Counted from the first letter of the stretch, positions 1 to 8,615 are shown. The stretch is 24,000 nt of DNA from Phormidium sp. (GCA_051013385.1 CP143274.1:27157-51156), one strand, 5' to 3'. A program made the numbers and translations. Notes: generated by a model not told the origin, from the sequence alone.

Positions 1-408
1 CAGCAAAAGTCTCAACGCCCTGAAATTAAAAAGCTTGCAGACGAAATTATTAAAGCTCAAAATAAAGAAATTAATCAGTTGAAACAGTGGCGTAAGGCAT
101 GGTATACCGAGGCTAGCAGTAGCCCGGTGGCTTATGACCATCATACGGGGCATACAACTTCGATGTCTCAAGAACAGATGAATAGCATGATGATGGATAT
201 GAACTTGGGAGCTGCCGATGCTCAGTTCGATCTGCGCTTTATCAATGCAATGATACCGCACCATGAAGGCGCAATATCGATGGCTCAAGATGCGTTGAGT
301 AAATCTAAGCGTCCAGAAATCAAGCGGCTGGCTCAAGATATTATCACCTCACAAAAGGCAGAAATTGAGCAAATGAAACAGTGGCGGCAAGCTTGGTATA
401 AAAAGTAG
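1..408 (+). CDS. DUF305-family periplasmic metal-binding protein (CopM-like), 5'-partial
   Basis: Frame 1 is open from base 1 (QQKSQRPEIKKLADEIIKAQNKEINQLKQWRKAWY...) and runs into the listed ORF, with the stop at 406-408. It carries the DUF305 hallmark FDLRFINAMIPHHEGAISMA. The helix RPEIK(K/R)LA..II..Q..EI.Q(L/M)KQWR.AWY occurs twice, matching the two-repeat DUF305 layout. Confidence 0.8.
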   Translation, partial: QQKSQRPEIKKLADEIIKAQNKEINQLKQWRKAWYTEASSSPVAYDHHTGHTTSMSQEQMNSMMMDMNLGAADAQFDLRFINAMIPHHEGAISMAQDALSKSKRPEIKRLAQDIITSQKAEIEQMKQWRQAWYKK

Positions 409-501
409 GTTTTTTCAATAATCGCATCAGGACGATTTTAGACCTCCCCAAATGCCATCCTCAAAAATTATTCTTCCTCTGTATACTCAAGGACATTCCC
501 A

Positions 502-2199
502 ATGATACTTAACTCTTACCATTTTCAACGATCAACACCGCGACTTTGTGTTTCTGGGACAATCCTGAGTCTAATATTACTAACGGCTCCTACTCCCGTT
601 TTAGCTCACGCCGGACATGGAGACGAATTTCAAGGGGGAACTGAGGCAAGTCAGTCAACTGATTCTATTCAAGTCGATACCGAAACCGCCAAACGACTGG
701 GAATTCAAGTCGAACCAGTTAAAAGTCAGCGGCTGGCTGTTGGCATTAAAACTACAGGTCAGATTGAAACCTTGCCTAGCAAGCAAGTAGAAGTTACTAC
801 ACCAATTTCAGAAACCAAAGTTGTTGAGCTTCTTGTACAACCCGGTGCATCCGTAACAGCGGGTCAACCTGTCGCCGTTTTATCTAGTTCTGGTCTGGTT
901 GAACTGCGCGTTACATCCCAGGAAAAACTGGCAGAGGGGGAAGCGGATCTACAGCAGGCTCAAGCAGACTTAAACTTAGCTCGACAAAACTATCAGCGAT
1001 TCTCGCAGATTGCCGCAGCTGAAATTGCAGACGCACGTAGCAAGCTGGCATTTGCCCAAGAAAAGTATGATAAAGACCAGCAGCTAGCCCAGGCGGGTGC
1101 CCTTCCACGTCGCCAAGCCCTTGAATCCCAAACCCAGCTCATTCAAGCCAAAGCCGATCTCACCAAAGCTAACAGCCGCCGGGAAGTTATCGAAGCTGAA
1201 GCTCAACTCAAACGCGCTCAATCAGCGGTTCAGGTAGCTCAGTCCCGTATCCGCCTAAGTAACGCTACTTATCAAACTCGACTGCAACAACTGGGAACCC
1301 GCGCCAATGACAAGGGACTGGTAACGGTGACTGCACCCATTGCTGGCAAGGTTGCCGACCGAGAAGTCACCCTCGGTCAATCATTCGAGGACGCAGGCGG
1401 CAAGCTAATGACTATTGTCAATGACAGTCGCGTTTTTGCTACTGCGAATATCTATGAAAAAGATTTAGATAAAGTTAAAACGGGTCAAGCGGTGAGCGTG
1501 AAGGTTGCTTCTGTGCCTAATCGTACCTTTAATGGACAAATTGCCACGATTGGGTCGGTGGTGGAAGGGGAAACGCGGATTGTGCCAGTGAAAGCCGAAC
1601 TGGACAACCCGGGTGGAGTGCTGAAACCGGGGATGTTTGCCGAATTGGAAGTCCTAACAAGCCGGACTCCTAATGCTATTTTGGCTATTCCCAGTTCAGC
1701 TGTAGTGGAGGCTAATGGCAGAAAAACCGTTTATGTCCAAAATGGCAATGCATATCAGGCTGTTGAAGTCACGTTAGGTCAAACCTCTGGGGACATGGTT
1801 GAGGTCAAAAGTGGTTTATTCGAGGGAGATTTGATCGTCACTCAGCGTGCGACTCAACTTTACGCTCAATCTTTGCGCGGCGGCAGCAAAGCACCGGAGG
1901 GCGAACATAAGGAAAGCGAGGCAAAGCAAGCACCCTCGCCGACAACAAATTCTGCCAAAAATATTGGGCAGCTGCCTTGGTGGTTGGTTCTACCAGTTGG
2001 GGGTGCGATCGCATCTGGCATATTCTTCGCCGGAATTTGGGCTGGTCGTCGCCAGCGCCGAGTCCTACCAGCGAGCGGTTTAGAGTCCTCTACTTCTATT
2101 TATGAACCAGAGTTTCACCTTAACAACTCCAAGCAACCCACCTTGTCTCGCTCTACCCTTCTTGTAGGGGAGCATGAAGACCCGAACCTGCCAAACTAA
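502..2199 (+). CDS. Efflux RND transporter periplasmic adaptor (MFP/HlyD family, CusB/CzcB-like) with unusual C-terminal extension
   Basis: 565-aa ORF with an N-terminal signal/anchor (LSLILLTAPTPVLAHAGHGDEF), a long coiled-coil hairpin (EADLQQAQADLNLARQNY...AQLKRAQSAVQVAQSRI) and beta-barrel motifs (VTAPIAGKVADREVTLGQ; IVPVKAELDNPGGVLKPGMFAELEV). It lies directly upstream of an RND pump gene. Confidence 0.85.
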   Translation: MILNSYHFQRSTPRLCVSGTILSLILLTAPTPVLAHAGHGDEFQGGTEASQSTDSIQVDTETAKRLGIQVEPVKSQRLAVGIKTTGQIETLPSKQVEVTTPISETKVVELLVQPGASVTAGQPVAVLSSSGLVELRVTSQEKLAEGEADLQQAQADLNLARQNYQRFSQIAAAEIADARSKLAFAQEKYDKDQQLAQAGALPRRQALESQTQLIQAKADLTKANSRREVIEAEAQLKRAQSAVQVAQSRIRLSNATYQTRLQQLGTRANDKGLVTVTAPIAGKVADREVTLGQSFEDAGGKLMTIVNDSRVFATANIYEKDLDKVKTGQAVSVKVASVPNRTFNGQIATIGSVVEGETRIVPVKAELDNPGGVLKPGMFAELEVLTSRTPNAILAIPSSAVVEANGRKTVYVQNGNAYQAVEVTLGQTSGDMVEVKSGLFEGDLIVTQRATQLYAQSLRGGSKAPEGEHKESEAKQAPSPTTNSAKNIGQLPWWLVLPVGGAIASGIFFAGIWAGRRQRRVLPASGLESSTSIYEPEFHLNNSKQPTLSRSTLLVGEHEDPNLPN

Positions 2200-2232
2200 G
2201 TAGGTGGGCATTAATATTTGTTGTTGAAGTAA

Positions 2233-2260
2233 GGCAGAGGGCAGATGGCAGATGGCAGAA
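2233..2260. repeat. Heptanucleotide tandem repeat GGCAGAN x4 (STRR-like)
   Basis: Read directly: ggcagag ggcagat ggcagat ggcagaa, in the adaptor-pump intergenic spacer. It is flanked by a 14-bp imperfect inverted repeat, taagtaggtgggca (2197-2210) and tgcctacctactta (2315-2328). Confidence 0.7.
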
Positions 2261-2363
2261 GGGAAGAGAGTTTTAGTTTCTCTCACATTTGTTGACATAG
2301 CTGCGTTTAGCGTGTGCCTACCTACTTAATTAAAGAATTGCAGATTTTAAATTTAAAATTGCC

Positions 2364-5300
2364 ATGCTTAGTGCCATTATTAAATGGGCGATCGCTCGTC
2401 GCTGGTTAGTCATCCTCGGTGCAATTATCGTCACCTTTTGGATTTTTCGCACCATCATCCAGATGCCTCTGGATGTCTTTCCCAGCTTTGCACCTCCCCA
2501 AGTCGAAATTCAAACTGAAGCCCCCGGACTCGCTCCCGAAGAAGTCGAATCTTTAGTCACCTTACCAATTGAAAGTTCGATTAACGGGACTCCCGGAGTT
2601 ACAGCAGTACGCTCTTCCAGTGCATCAGGAATCTCGGTAGTCAAAATTATATTTAATTGGGGAACCGAGATTTATCAGGCCCGCCAGTTAGTAACAGAGC
2701 GATTGCAACAAGCTCAAAGTAAGCTGCCTGAAGGTGTGGAAACCCCACAAATTTCTCCCACCAGTTCTCCTGTTGGCACCGTATTGCAATACGCCTTTAC
2801 ATCTGAAAGCACTCCTTTAATGGAAGTGCGACGCATAGTTGATTGGCAAGTAACAAACCGCATCTTAGCGGTTCCTGGCGTCAGTCAAGTAGTTGCTTAT
2901 GGTGGCGATATTCGTCAGTATCAAGTATTGATTGACCCAGAGAAGTTGAAAGCCTTTAACGTCACTTTAGATGACATTGTAGAAGCAGCTAAAGCCGCAA
3001 ATGTTAATGCTCCAGGTGGCTATTTAATCACTCCCGACAGAGAAAAGTTAATTCGGGGAATTGGGCGGATTGAATCTATTGAAGAATTACAGCAATCAGT
3101 CATTACTGCCCGCAATGGTACGCCTGTAAAAATCTCTGATATTGCTGATGTACAAATTGGTGCGGCTATCAAACGGGGAGATGGCAGTTTTAACGGTCAA
3201 AAGGCCGTAATTTTGATGATTAACAAACAGCCGCAAGCCGACACTCCCACTGTTACCCGTGCTATTGAAGCAGCAATGGAAGAAGTGAAAGCAGGTTTAC
3301 CCAAAGACATTAAAGTTACCCCAACCTTCCGACAAGAAAATTATATTGATTCTTCGATTGAAAATGTCAGAGAAGCTTTATTTGAAGGCAGCATTATTGT
3401 TGCTATTATTTTAATTCCATTTTTAATGAATTGGCGCAACCTGGCAATTTGCTTAACAGCCCTTCCCTTGTCTTTATTAGTTGGAGTTCTACTTCTAAAT
3501 TGGGTAGGCCAAGGTTTAAATACAATGACTTTGGGAGGGTTAGCGGTAGCCATTGGTTCAGCAGTTGACGATGCCATTGTGGATGCTGAGAATGTCTACC
3601 GCAACCTGCGAGAAAACAAGTACTTACCTAATCCACGTCCAGTTTTAGATGTAGTATTTGATGGCTGTCAAGAGGTAAGAGATTCAGTATTTGGAGCTAC
3701 AGTTATTACCATTGTTGTCTTCGCTCCAGTATTTGCTTTAACGGGGGTAGAAGGAAGCATTTTTATTCCGATGGGGTTGGGTTATATGGCAGCAGTTATT
3801 GCTTCTAGCATCACAGCATTGACGGTGACTCCGGCTTTATGTGCTATTCTTTTGCCTTACGGTAATTTGCCAGAAATAGAACCTTGGGTTGCCAGATTTT
3901 TTAAGCGGCTTTATTATCCTTTGTTAACGTTTTCAATGAAGCTTTCAGGAATTATTTTAGTTATAGCCGCTGCTAGTTTAGTGGCAGCAGTTGTAATAGT
4001 TCCTTCTTTTGGAAGAGTGTTTCTACCAGAGTTTCAAGAGCAAACTTTAGTCAATACTTTAACTCTTTATCCAGGTGTATCTCTAGAAGCTACCAATGCC
4101 GCTGGAGAAGCACTTCAGGCAGCACTTAAAGATGACTCTAGATTTCCTTACGTGCAGTTGCGTTCGGGACGTGCGCCAGGAGATGCGGACGCAGCGGGGG
4201 TGAATTTAGCACACTTGGATATTGAGTTGAGCGATGAAGGGATGAAAGATAGGGAAGGGACGCTGGAAAAGCTGCGAGAAGAGTTTAATAAACTACCAGG
4301 AGTTGCACCGAATATTGGCGGTTTTATTTCTCACCGAATGGATGAAGTCTTGTCTGGAGTTAGGAGTGCCATTGCCGTCAAAATTTTCGGTTCCGAATTA
4401 GAGCAACTTCGCACTATTGGCAGCCAAGTCAATGAAGTGATGAAAACTGTTGAAGGAATTGTAGATTTGCAACTTGAACCCCAAGTTCCAGTCGAACAGA
4501 TACAGATTAAGTTTAACCGTTCTGCTGCTTCTCGATATGGTTTGACAGTTGGAAAACTCTCCGAAATCATTGAAACAGCGCTCAATGGGCGAGTGGTATC
4601 TCAAGTATTAGAAAAACAACAAACTTTCGACTTAGTTGTCTGGTTAAAATCAGATGCCCGTCAAAATCTGGATACCATTCGCAATTTGTTAGTTGATACT
4701 CCTGATGGGATTAAAGTTCCATTAGCACAAGTTGCCACCATTGACAATGGCACGGGGCCTAGCACCATCAACCGAGAAAATGTTTCCCGTTTAATTGTTG
4801 TTTCGGCTAATGCTAGCGGCAGAGATTTGCGCTCTATTGTCAATGAAATTCGGGAAAAAGTGAATCAGCAAGTACAAGTTCCTGCTGGTTACTATATTCA
4901 GTATGCAGGGCAATTTGAGGCCCAAGAAAGAGCAACACAAAACATCCTCCTCTTCAGTGCTATAGCTTTTGTAGCTATTACAGTCATCATGTATCTTTCT
5001 GTCAAATCAAATCCATTCCCTCTACCGCCATGATTATGATTAACTTACCCTTAGCCTTGGTGGGGGGAGTATTTTCAGTGGCGATGACTGGAGGAATTAT
5101 TTCTATCGCCTCTCTAGTCGGCTTTGTTACTCTGTTTGGAGTGGCTACTCGTAACGGGTTGTTGCTAGTAGATAATTACAATACAAAATCTGCTGAAGGA
5201 ATGCCTTTAAAAGACCTTATTATTAAAGGGTCGATGGAACGGCTTAATGCGATTTTGATGACTGCTTTTACCTCGGCTTTAGGCTTAGCACCGTTAGTAG

Positions 5301-5494
5301 TAGAGGGTGGGCCAGGTAAAGAGATTTTGCAACCACTTTCGATAGTCGTGTTGGGTGGATTGTTTACTTCTACGGCATTGACGCTGTTAGTTTTACCGGC
5401 CTTGTATGCCAAATTTGGGAAATTTTTGCTGCCGAAGCGAACTATGCCAGTTGTTGAGGACGAGAGAGCAGTTGGAGCCGTCTTTGAGCGGTAA
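2364..5494 (+). pseudogene. CusA/CzcA-family heavy-metal efflux RND permease, frameshifted (889-aa plus 154-aa ORFs)
   Basis: The two consecutive ORFs 2364..5033 and 5030..5494 together look like one ~1041-aa HME-RND pump. Supporting strings are MLSAIIKWAIARRWLVILGAIIV, AVAIGSAVDDAIVDAENVYRNL and the C-terminal LNAILMTAFTSALGLAPLV. The frame switches at a CAAAT CAAAT tandem duplication (5003-5012). Deleting one copy gives a continuous ...MYLSVKSIPSTAMIMINLPLALVGG.... Confidence 0.85.
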
Positions 5495-5575
5495 TCCATC
5501 CCATATATTGCTAAAAATTTTCGTTTTAGCTAAGTTTTTTAGATTTGCAATTGTTTCAAGTTAGGAGCGAAACGT

Positions 5576-6073
5576 ATGAAATCTGTCAAGTCTCTACTGA
5601 TGGTTCTAGGTAGTGTAAGCTTGATTTTCCTGGGAGCTTGTGCTAACAGTAACCAAGCCACTAACCCAGAGAATAGCCCGAAAAGTACCCCACCAGCTGA
5701 GTCAGCTGCACAAACGACTACCCCAGCCAAAACTGGTTCATCCGGTCATGCCGCAGTCCCTCAAAAAGGTGGTCAAGTTGTCGAGTCAGGTCCCTACCAT
5801 TTAGAGTTTGTCCCTGAAAAAGAAGCTAATGGAACTCATTTAGATTTCTATTTGCAAAGAGGGGACAATCACGAAGCAATACCTAACGCAAAAGTCACAG
5901 CTCAAGTTCAGCTACCAGATGGGACTCAAAAAACAGTTCCCCTCACCTATGACGCTGCGGGTAAACACTACGCAGCTTTGCTTCCTGGACAGTTAGCTGG
6001 TCAATATCAGGTGAAAATTACCTCTAATATTAATGGGGAAAAGGTAGATGGTCGTTTTTCTTTCAATCAATAA
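5576..6073 (+). CDS. Small periplasmic lipoprotein, function unknown (metal-island associated)
   Basis: AGGAG RBS at 5563-5567 and ATG at 5576. Signal peptide with lipobox (SLIFLGAC), a Pro/Thr/Ser-rich linker, then a ~100-aa beta-rich domain (YHLEFVPEKEANGTHLDFYLQ...QYQVKITSNINGEKVDGRFSF). It occupies the position of the third gene of a copBAC-like unit. Confidence 0.6.
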   Translation: MKSVKSLLMVLGSVSLIFLGACANSNQATNPENSPKSTPPAESAAQTTTPAKTGSSGHAAVPQKGGQVVESGPYHLEFVPEKEANGTHLDFYLQRGDNHEAIPNAKVTAQVQLPDGTQKTVPLTYDAAGKHYAALLPGQLAGQYQVKITSNINGEKVDGRFSFNQ

Positions 6074-6082
6074 TCTCTAGAC

Positions 6083-6349
6083 TTCGAGTCAGCTAATTTA
6101 GTACTCGCCGAAGATGACCCCCTGGATGTTGTGCGAACCCTCAAGCTGGCTCAAGCCACTTACTCCAAAATGGTACGAAACCTATTTTGGGCGACTGGAT
6201 ACAACGTTTTAGCAATTCCTTTAGCTGCTGGAGTTGCCTACCCCATAGGTCTTTTGCTGTCTCCAGCTGTAGGAGCTTTGTTCATGAGTCTTTCCACTGT
6301 AATTGTGGCAATCAACGCCGTAACGTTACGTCGAGTCAAGATGGCCTAA
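6083..6349 (+). pseudogene. C-terminal remnant (~88 codons) of a heavy-metal P1B-type ATPase
   Basis: Translation is ESANLVLAEDDPLDVVRTLKLAQATYSKMVRNLFWATGYNVLAIPLAAGVAYPIGLLLSPAVGALFMSLSTVIVAINAVTLRRVK. This is the conserved end of CopA/ZntA-type pumps, covering the last two TM helices. There is no upstream ATPase sequence, and the frame is closed by the TAA at 6071-6073. Confidence 0.75.
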
Positions 6350-6384
6350 GAAGTTACAGTAAATTTTTTGAGATTGGAGCATCA

Positions 6385-7290
6385 ATGAAACTATTTTTCA
6401 CGACAATTGCTGCGGTTTCTACCCTATTACTCGCTCAAGGTTGTTCGCCATCTGTGCAATCAAGGGAAACATCGAACTCAGCTGCAACAAAACAGCGCCA
6501 AGAACTTTCGATGGGTAATGAGGAAGCACATAACTCTGCTAAATCGAATCCTCATGGAGGGCATTCGATGGAACATGGGGAGAATTCAGCTCAAGTTCAA
6601 GCTAAACTCACTACTCCAACAAACATTACTCCCAATACTCCCGTTACGTTGGCAATTGATATTCGAGACTCAGATGGAAAAGCGATCGCTAAATTTGACA
6701 CCTTTCAAGAAAAACTGATGCACCTGATTGCTGTTAGCGATGACCTTCAGTTTTTCAATCATATTCATCCCACCTATAAAGGGAACGGACGCTTTGAAGT
6801 TGAAGCCAGTTTTCCCCAACCAGGTGGTTACACGCTTTTCAGCGATTACAAACCATCTGGGAAAACAGAACAAGTCTCGGTTCTGAAAACTCAAGTTCCT
6901 GGAAACAGCCCATCTGCCCCAGCAATAGACTTAAATAGCTCTAAAACTTTCGCTGACACTAAGGCTAATCTGACCTTCTCTCAACCTGCATTGAAAGCTG
7001 GGCAAGAAGTTATGTTGGTGTTCAATTTACAAGAAGCTGCCAGCAATCAACCCGTTAAAGACTTGCAGCCTTACTTGGGAGAACGGGGGCATTTAGTCAT
7101 CATTAAACAATCATCCCCATTGACAAAAGCCGACTACATTCATGCTCATGCTCATGCGATGGAAAATATGCCACCTGGGGAAGTTCATTTTATGACCAGT
7201 TTCCCCAAACCAGGAAAATATAAGCTCTGGGGGCAGTTCAATCGGAATGGCAGAATCGTGACCGCTGATTTCTGGGTAAATGTCCAATAA
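6385..7290 (+). CDS. His-rich secreted (lipo)protein, putative periplasmic metal-binding protein
   Basis: The listed ORF 6187..7290 overlaps the ATPase relic. A GGAG RBS (6376-6379) plus ATG 6385 gives MKLFFTTIAAVSTLLLAQGCSPS, a signal with a lipobox-like Cys. His clusters are present: HNSAKSNPHGGHSMEHGEN, FFNHIHP, DYIHAHAHAMENMPPGEVHF. Confidence 0.7.
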   Translation: MKLFFTTIAAVSTLLLAQGCSPSVQSRETSNSAATKQRQELSMGNEEAHNSAKSNPHGGHSMEHGENSAQVQAKLTTPTNITPNTPVTLAIDIRDSDGKAIAKFDTFQEKLMHLIAVSDDLQFFNHIHPTYKGNGRFEVEASFPQPGGYTLFSDYKPSGKTEQVSVLKTQVPGNSPSAPAIDLNSSKTFADTKANLTFSQPALKAGQEVMLVFNLQEAASNQPVKDLQPYLGERGHLVIIKQSSPLTKADYIHAHAHAMENMPPGEVHFMTSFPKPGKYKLWGQFNRNGRIVTADFWVNVQ

Positions 7291-7301
7291 CTGCGCTAAT
7301 A

Positions 7302-7318
7302 TTTCATCTTGATTTCAT
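7302..7318 (+). promoter_or_regulatory. Direct-repeat box 1: TTTCAT-CTTGA-TTTCAT (putative OmpR-family regulator site)
   Basis: Two identical hexamers sit 11 bp apart centre to centre. A TAATAG -10-like hexamer lies at 7339-7344. The box is upstream of the small peptide ORF at 7481. Confidence 0.45.
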
Positions 7319-7480
7319 CAAGCTATGTCATTGTGAATTAATAGACAGATTCATCTCTAGTTGATATGGAAGATGGGAGATAGAATATCTGTATAGAAAT
7401 TGGCTATAGCTCCTTGACCTCCATCCACCTGAAGACTTGAATCTGTTAGACATGAACACTGGTTATCAGGAGAATTCACC

Positions 7481-7639
7481 ATGATTTTGATGAAGCATAG
7501 TAAAAGCATCATAAGTGCAGCTGGTATCAGTCTGGCATTGCTGGCGCTGACCGCTGGTGCTAGTCTGGCACAAGACCAGCCCCAAACGAGCGGCTGCCCT
7601 TGCTGCCAGCGAATGATGGGACAAGGTTCTTCTAGATAA
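7481..7639 (+). CDS. Unlisted 52-aa secreted Cys/Met-rich peptide
   Basis: AGGAG at 7468-7472 lies 8 nt before ATG 7481. Translation is MILMKHSKSIISAAGISLALLALTAGASLA|QDQPQTSGCPCCQRMMGQGSSR with stop at 7637-7639. It has a typical signal peptide with an A-x-A-type cleavage site. It is below the 60-aa ORF-track cutoff and is followed by a hairpin terminator. Confidence 0.45.
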   Translation: MILMKHSKSIISAAGISLALLALTAGASLAQDQPQTSGCPCCQRMMGQGSSR

Positions 7640-7742
7640 TAGGCAGGTGAGGCGGCAGCGTTCAGTCTGCAATGAGCGGTAGCCAGAACTATCAGAATCA
7701 TGCTTCACGCAGTTCAAGTAGGTACGAAAAACCGAAATATAG

Positions 7743-7773
7743 AAACCCGTTTTCTCTAAGAAAACGGGTTTTT
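7743..7773 (+). terminator. Rho-independent terminator-like hairpin
   Basis: aaacccgttttc (7743-7754) pairs perfectly with gaaaacgggttt (7760-7771) around a 5-nt loop. The T run is short (it continues to 7773). Confidence 0.55.
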
Positions 7774-7777
7774 CAGA

Positions 7778-7846
7778 CTTTAGGGGTAGTTTAATCAAAA
7801 CATCAGAATCGTAACAGCTAACTTTCAGGTAAATGTCCAACAGTAA
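7778..7846 (+). pseudogene. Relic 3' end of a paralog of the His-rich lipoprotein gene
   Basis: This segment translates L*G*FNQNIRIVTANFQVNVQQ*. It aligns with the end of the intact gene at 7225-7290, LWGQFNRNGRIVTADFWVNVQ*. The Trp and Gln codons have become TAG. Confidence 0.55.
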
Positions 7847-7854
7847 CGCTGATA

Positions 7855-7871
7855 TTTCATCTTGATTTCAT
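7855..7871 (+). promoter_or_regulatory. Direct-repeat box 2: TTTCAT-CTTGA-TTTCAT
   Basis: The 17-mer is identical to box 1. TAATAG lies at 7891-7896. The box is upstream of the gene at 8108. Confidence 0.45.
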
Positions 7872-8107
7872 AGTTATCTGTCAATCTAGTTAATAGGGGG
7901 AGTATGCCCGTTTGGCAAAGACATCATTAGCTGGATGAATCCATCAACAGCAAGGCAGCTATCTAAATAACCCCCGCTATTGAGTGAGTAGAGGGGAAAT
8001 TGACTATGGATTTATAAAGTCGAGATGCCTCCCCATTAATAACAGGCTCATTTATTCACAGTGAGTCTGAAACTTGGTTGACGTAGTTGATTCCTTGGAA
8101 AGTCAAA

Positions 8108-8602
8108 ATGAAGAGAATACTGATGAACAATTTGATTTATACGGGTGCAGCATTTCTCCTAGCAATTGCATCTTCCGTTCCGGCTGTCTGGGCAACTGGA
8201 AGACCAAGCGATGCTAAAGTTTCTCATTTAGTTGATAGTGCTGCCTATCCTGATAGCGCTACTGTTCAGAATGCTACCCATCAGTTTGAGGTTCACGTTC
8301 AAGGAAAAGCTCTTTCAGAACTTTCGATTGATTTACCAGAAGAAGTAAGCATCAGTTATGGAATTAAGGTAAAAAATCAATTGGGTCAAAAAATTTCAGC
8401 AACAGTTTCTATTAATGACAGAAAAGCTACTGTGGTTTTTTCCCAACCTGTAGCTCCTGAGACAGTACTGTCAGTCTCTCTACAAGGCGTTCAGACTCCA
8501 GGCTATGACCAAATTTTGCTGTACCGATTCTACGCTAAAAAGGTTGGTCTAACTGCTGAAATTCCACTTGGTACAGCTCGAATTCATACCTACAGAGGAT
8601 AA
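8108..8602 (+). CDS. Secreted protein of unknown function, paralog 1 (possibly DUF2808-like)
   Basis: The listed ORF begins at a TTG (8087). ATG 8108 (MKRILMNNLIY...) or ATG 8123 aligns with the paralog's start. Signal peptide AFLLAIASSVPAVWA. The core is ATHQFEVHVQGKALSELSIDLPEEVSI...RKATVVFSQPVAPETVLSVSLQGV. The family name is a recollection only. Confidence 0.6.
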   Translation: MKRILMNNLIYTGAAFLLAIASSVPAVWATGRPSDAKVSHLVDSAAYPDSATVQNATHQFEVHVQGKALSELSIDLPEEVSISYGIKVKNQLGQKISATVSINDRKATVVFSQPVAPETVLSVSLQGVQTPGYDQILLYRFYAKKVGLTAEIPLGTARIHTYRG

Positions 8603-8615
8603 AGAGACGCTGCTG

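Noticed and set aside
2233-2260. Possible CRISPR or other long array, checked at the heptamer repeat and across the whole window
   Set aside because: Only four contiguous 7-mers are present, without spacers. No 25-40-bp repeat-spacer periodicity appears anywhere in the window.
911-5499. Internal or antisense ORFs in the adaptor and pump genes (911..1108-, 1847..2083+, 2080..2298-, 3341..3577-, 4331..4585-, 4398..4604-, 4661..4843-, 5176..5499-)
   Set aside because: All are nested in, or opposite to, long ORFs with clear family motifs. Their translations have no recognisable features.
6076-6081. TCTAGA (XbaI) site exactly at the lipoprotein/ATPase-relic junction, which could suggest an engineered junction
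   Set aside because: A single 6-bp palindrome is expected by chance. No vector, linker or scar sequence lies nearby, and the surrounding sequence is ordinary cyanobacterial DNA.
6187-6384. N-terminal 66 codons of the listed ORF 6187..7290
   Set aside because: This stretch overlaps the ATPase relic in another frame and has a non-protein-like translation. A GGAG RBS plus ATG 6385 gives a clean signal peptide.
7357-7840. Minus-strand ORFs 7357..7701 (114 aa) and 7466..7840 (124 aa)
   Set aside because: They overlap each other, the RBS-equipped small peptide ORF, the terminator hairpin and the relic gene end. They are Cys/Leu/Arg-rich low-complexity translations with no start context.
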